The notes under the pieces were generated by a model. The model was not told the DNA's origin. It searched no databases and saw only the letters and a list, made by a program, of their open reading frames with translations. Positions 61,575 through 64,000 of a stretch of DNA of 64,000 nucleotides are shown in pieces. The DNA is from Hormiphora californensis (lineage: Eukaryota > Animalia > Ctenophora): contig CM035355.1 in NCBI GenBank assembly GCA_020137815.1, positions 4,030,001 to 4,094,000 on the forward strand, read 5' to 3'. A program made the translations under genes and the position numbers. Position 1 is the stretch's first letter. Every line of letters begins with the position of its first letter.

Positions 61575-62814
61575 CTTACTATCTTCATCGCCTGGATAGG
61601 AGGAAGGGGAGCTTTAAATATTGTTGTGAGCTGTGAGGAAGGAGAGTTAGTTGTGAGCCGTGAAGGGCTCTTGGTTACGAGGTTACCCCTCCCTTGCCAG
61701 CGCGAGGGGTTATTTCGTAACCAAGAGGGGCTCGGGATTCTTTCTCTGGGAGAGAGAGGAAGGGAAGGGGGAGCTTTATAACAGTTTAAGATCCGACTGG
61801 TTTTAATAGCAGAGGAAGGGTTTAGAGTTATGTATGTTAGGGGGTGGGATCCTTCTTCAGAAGACAAGGGATGGGGAGCACATTTTATTCGTCCTGCAAA
61901 TCAGCCAGTAAAGAACTACAGAACTAGAGAACTACAGAACTAGAGAACTACAGAACTACACCCCTCCTCATTTTATTAACTTACATGCAACAAGAAGGTC
62001 AGATGACTCAAGGTTATCAGGTGATATAGATCCCCCACTATCTGACAACTTCCGCTTTTTATTACCCTGAATTTATTAAGTTAGTATCGCCCAGGCTACA
62101 AGTATTTTGAGTTGCCATGGTGACTTAAAGTATTCATAATCACACACATATTACAACTTGTTTTGTTCAAACCCTTTTTATAAGGAGAGGGAGGGTCGAA
62201 CAAGGCAAATTACAACAGTTCATTTCTAAGAATCATATAGCTCCATACTTACGGGTGGATCCTCTATGTCGATGTCTGTATTACTCATGCTTACTAACAC
62301 CATTCCTAGTGCAACACATATCGGTTTATATTATATTGGTTTATTAGCATGGAGTTATTAGCATGGAGTTATTAACATGAAGGGTGGGGTGAATTATTTT
62401 AGTTCTATAATAATGCTGAACACATTTGGTAGCAGGCATTAACAGGTGGGGTGAATAGAAGTTATAACATGTTGAACACATCAAATAATGTAACTATGAA
62501 GATTTAACATAGCTAGGGAGATTTGAATGAAGAATTATCAAACCGCGGGAGCAGTGGACATCATATTCTACTACCAGGCAACTTCAACGCATTGGGATTC
62601 TAATAGATGCTGCTGCTGCTGCTGCAGTGGGAACTGGGACCCACAGAAAACTGGCAAGGAGTACAACTTTGTGTTACTGCACCATGAACGCCCCCCTGCC
62701 CATATAATATTCAACTAGCAGTAGTAATAATTCGGGGTTTTCGATTGTGTAAGAGACAGACAACTATATCAGCTAGAATTATAGGGAGAGAGTGGGCTGC
62801 AGTTGTCCAGTGAG

Positions 62815-63037
<223 letters not shown>

Positions 63038-63247
63038 CGTATAGAACAAGACCATTGTTCAATCCTAACTATACTTTGATGCGTGTACGGAGAGCTTGCG
63101 ATAACAGGTGGTGGAAAATAGATGGATAGAAAGAAATAGAATGAGAGCAAGGAATGAATGCATTCGCCAAGAGAAAGTTCCTTGCTCTCATTCTCAGAAA
63201 AAAATCATGGATCATAGCGGAGGCAGGGAGAGAATAGAGGAATCTTT

Positions 63248-63582
63248 CCTAGTTAAAGTAACAATCTCACCTGCTCTCTCCTAGTTAAAGTAACGATCTC
63301 ACCCTGCTCAGGTAAGGAGAGGGCGGAACCGAAACGATTCTTAGGGTCAGAGTGAGCGAATATAGGACATCTGTATGTTTATGAAAGACACATAAAAAAG
63401 GGATTGTTATTTGTTAGGGCTGACCGACTTGAAACAATTCAAAGACACTTTTAGGTGAAGGTTTGGTACCGGTGTTATTGCAGTACTTCCTCCACAGGGT
63501 GAGATTGTTACTTTAACTAGAAGAGAGCAGGAGAGATTGTTACTTTAACTAGAAGAGAGCAGGAGAGATTGTTACTTTAACT
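63248..63582. repeat. MITE-like element with tandem inverted subterminal repeats
   Basis: CTAGTTAAAGTAACAATCTC x2 on the left; GAGATTGTTACTTTAACT x3 on the right. Confidence 0.6.
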
Positions 63583-64000
63583 TGTAGTACTGCCTTACTT
63601 TTGTTTATTTATTCCCTTTTAGAATTAGACATTCATTCCTTTTGCGGTTTCTAATACCCGCACTTGTGTTTCCGGCCGGTAAGTTTTAATAAAACACTTT
63701 CGTAGCGGCGGAAGAGAGCTGATATTATATTGTCGACACTAGAACGTGACCAGTATAACAGCTGGTATAATACCAGGCTACCGAGTCCACCCTCTGTAGT
63801 AGACATAGATTCAGCTAGAACATTCAGGGGTCACATCACGTGACATTAGAGGTAGGTACCATGCTACAATGTCTACTTCCCTGTATAATACAATTGCCTT
63901 GCTCGACCCTGTGAGCAAAACAAATATAAACGTGGTATACCTGCACTGTGGTACGTGGCCGCATCGAAACTGTGTGTTCGACCAACGTCACGTGATGTAG

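Noticed and set aside
62527-62718. Possible further upstream exon of the ATF7IP-like gene (CAG repeat)
   Set aside because: Could not establish frame or splice linkage.

Overview
Eukaryotic (animal) genomic DNA, compact and very transposon-rich. The recurring MITE sequences CAGTCGGACCCCGATTTA and CAGGAACCGACCGAATCAAGAAATACTGG, and GTAACCATGGTTAC-rich introns, resemble repeats I recall from the ctenophore Pleurobrachia; this is recollection, not a database result. Host genes: a hydroxylysine-kinase-like gene and an SLC22-type transporter (minus strand), a compact DOCK-family Rac GEF (plus), a small secreted Cys-containing protein, a duplicated BTB-like gene, Mediator subunit MED24 (plus) and an ATF7IP/MCAF1-like gene (minus). 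The region ~10.4-48 kb is a stack of nested retroelements (CR1/L2-like LINEs, an I/Jockey-group-like LINE, a near-intact HERO-type RLE retrotransposon, an ORF1-only element, an ORF-less promoter-bearing retroposon), Helitrons and hAT/pogo/Mutator/Harbinger MITEs, several confirmed by empty paralogous sites inside the window. The most notable signal is in the 3' UTR of the HERO-type element (17598-17717, minus): a complete hammerhead ribozyme core whose three strands occur in reversed (non-circularly permuted) order, supported by four additional helices. All structures and alignments were read by eye.
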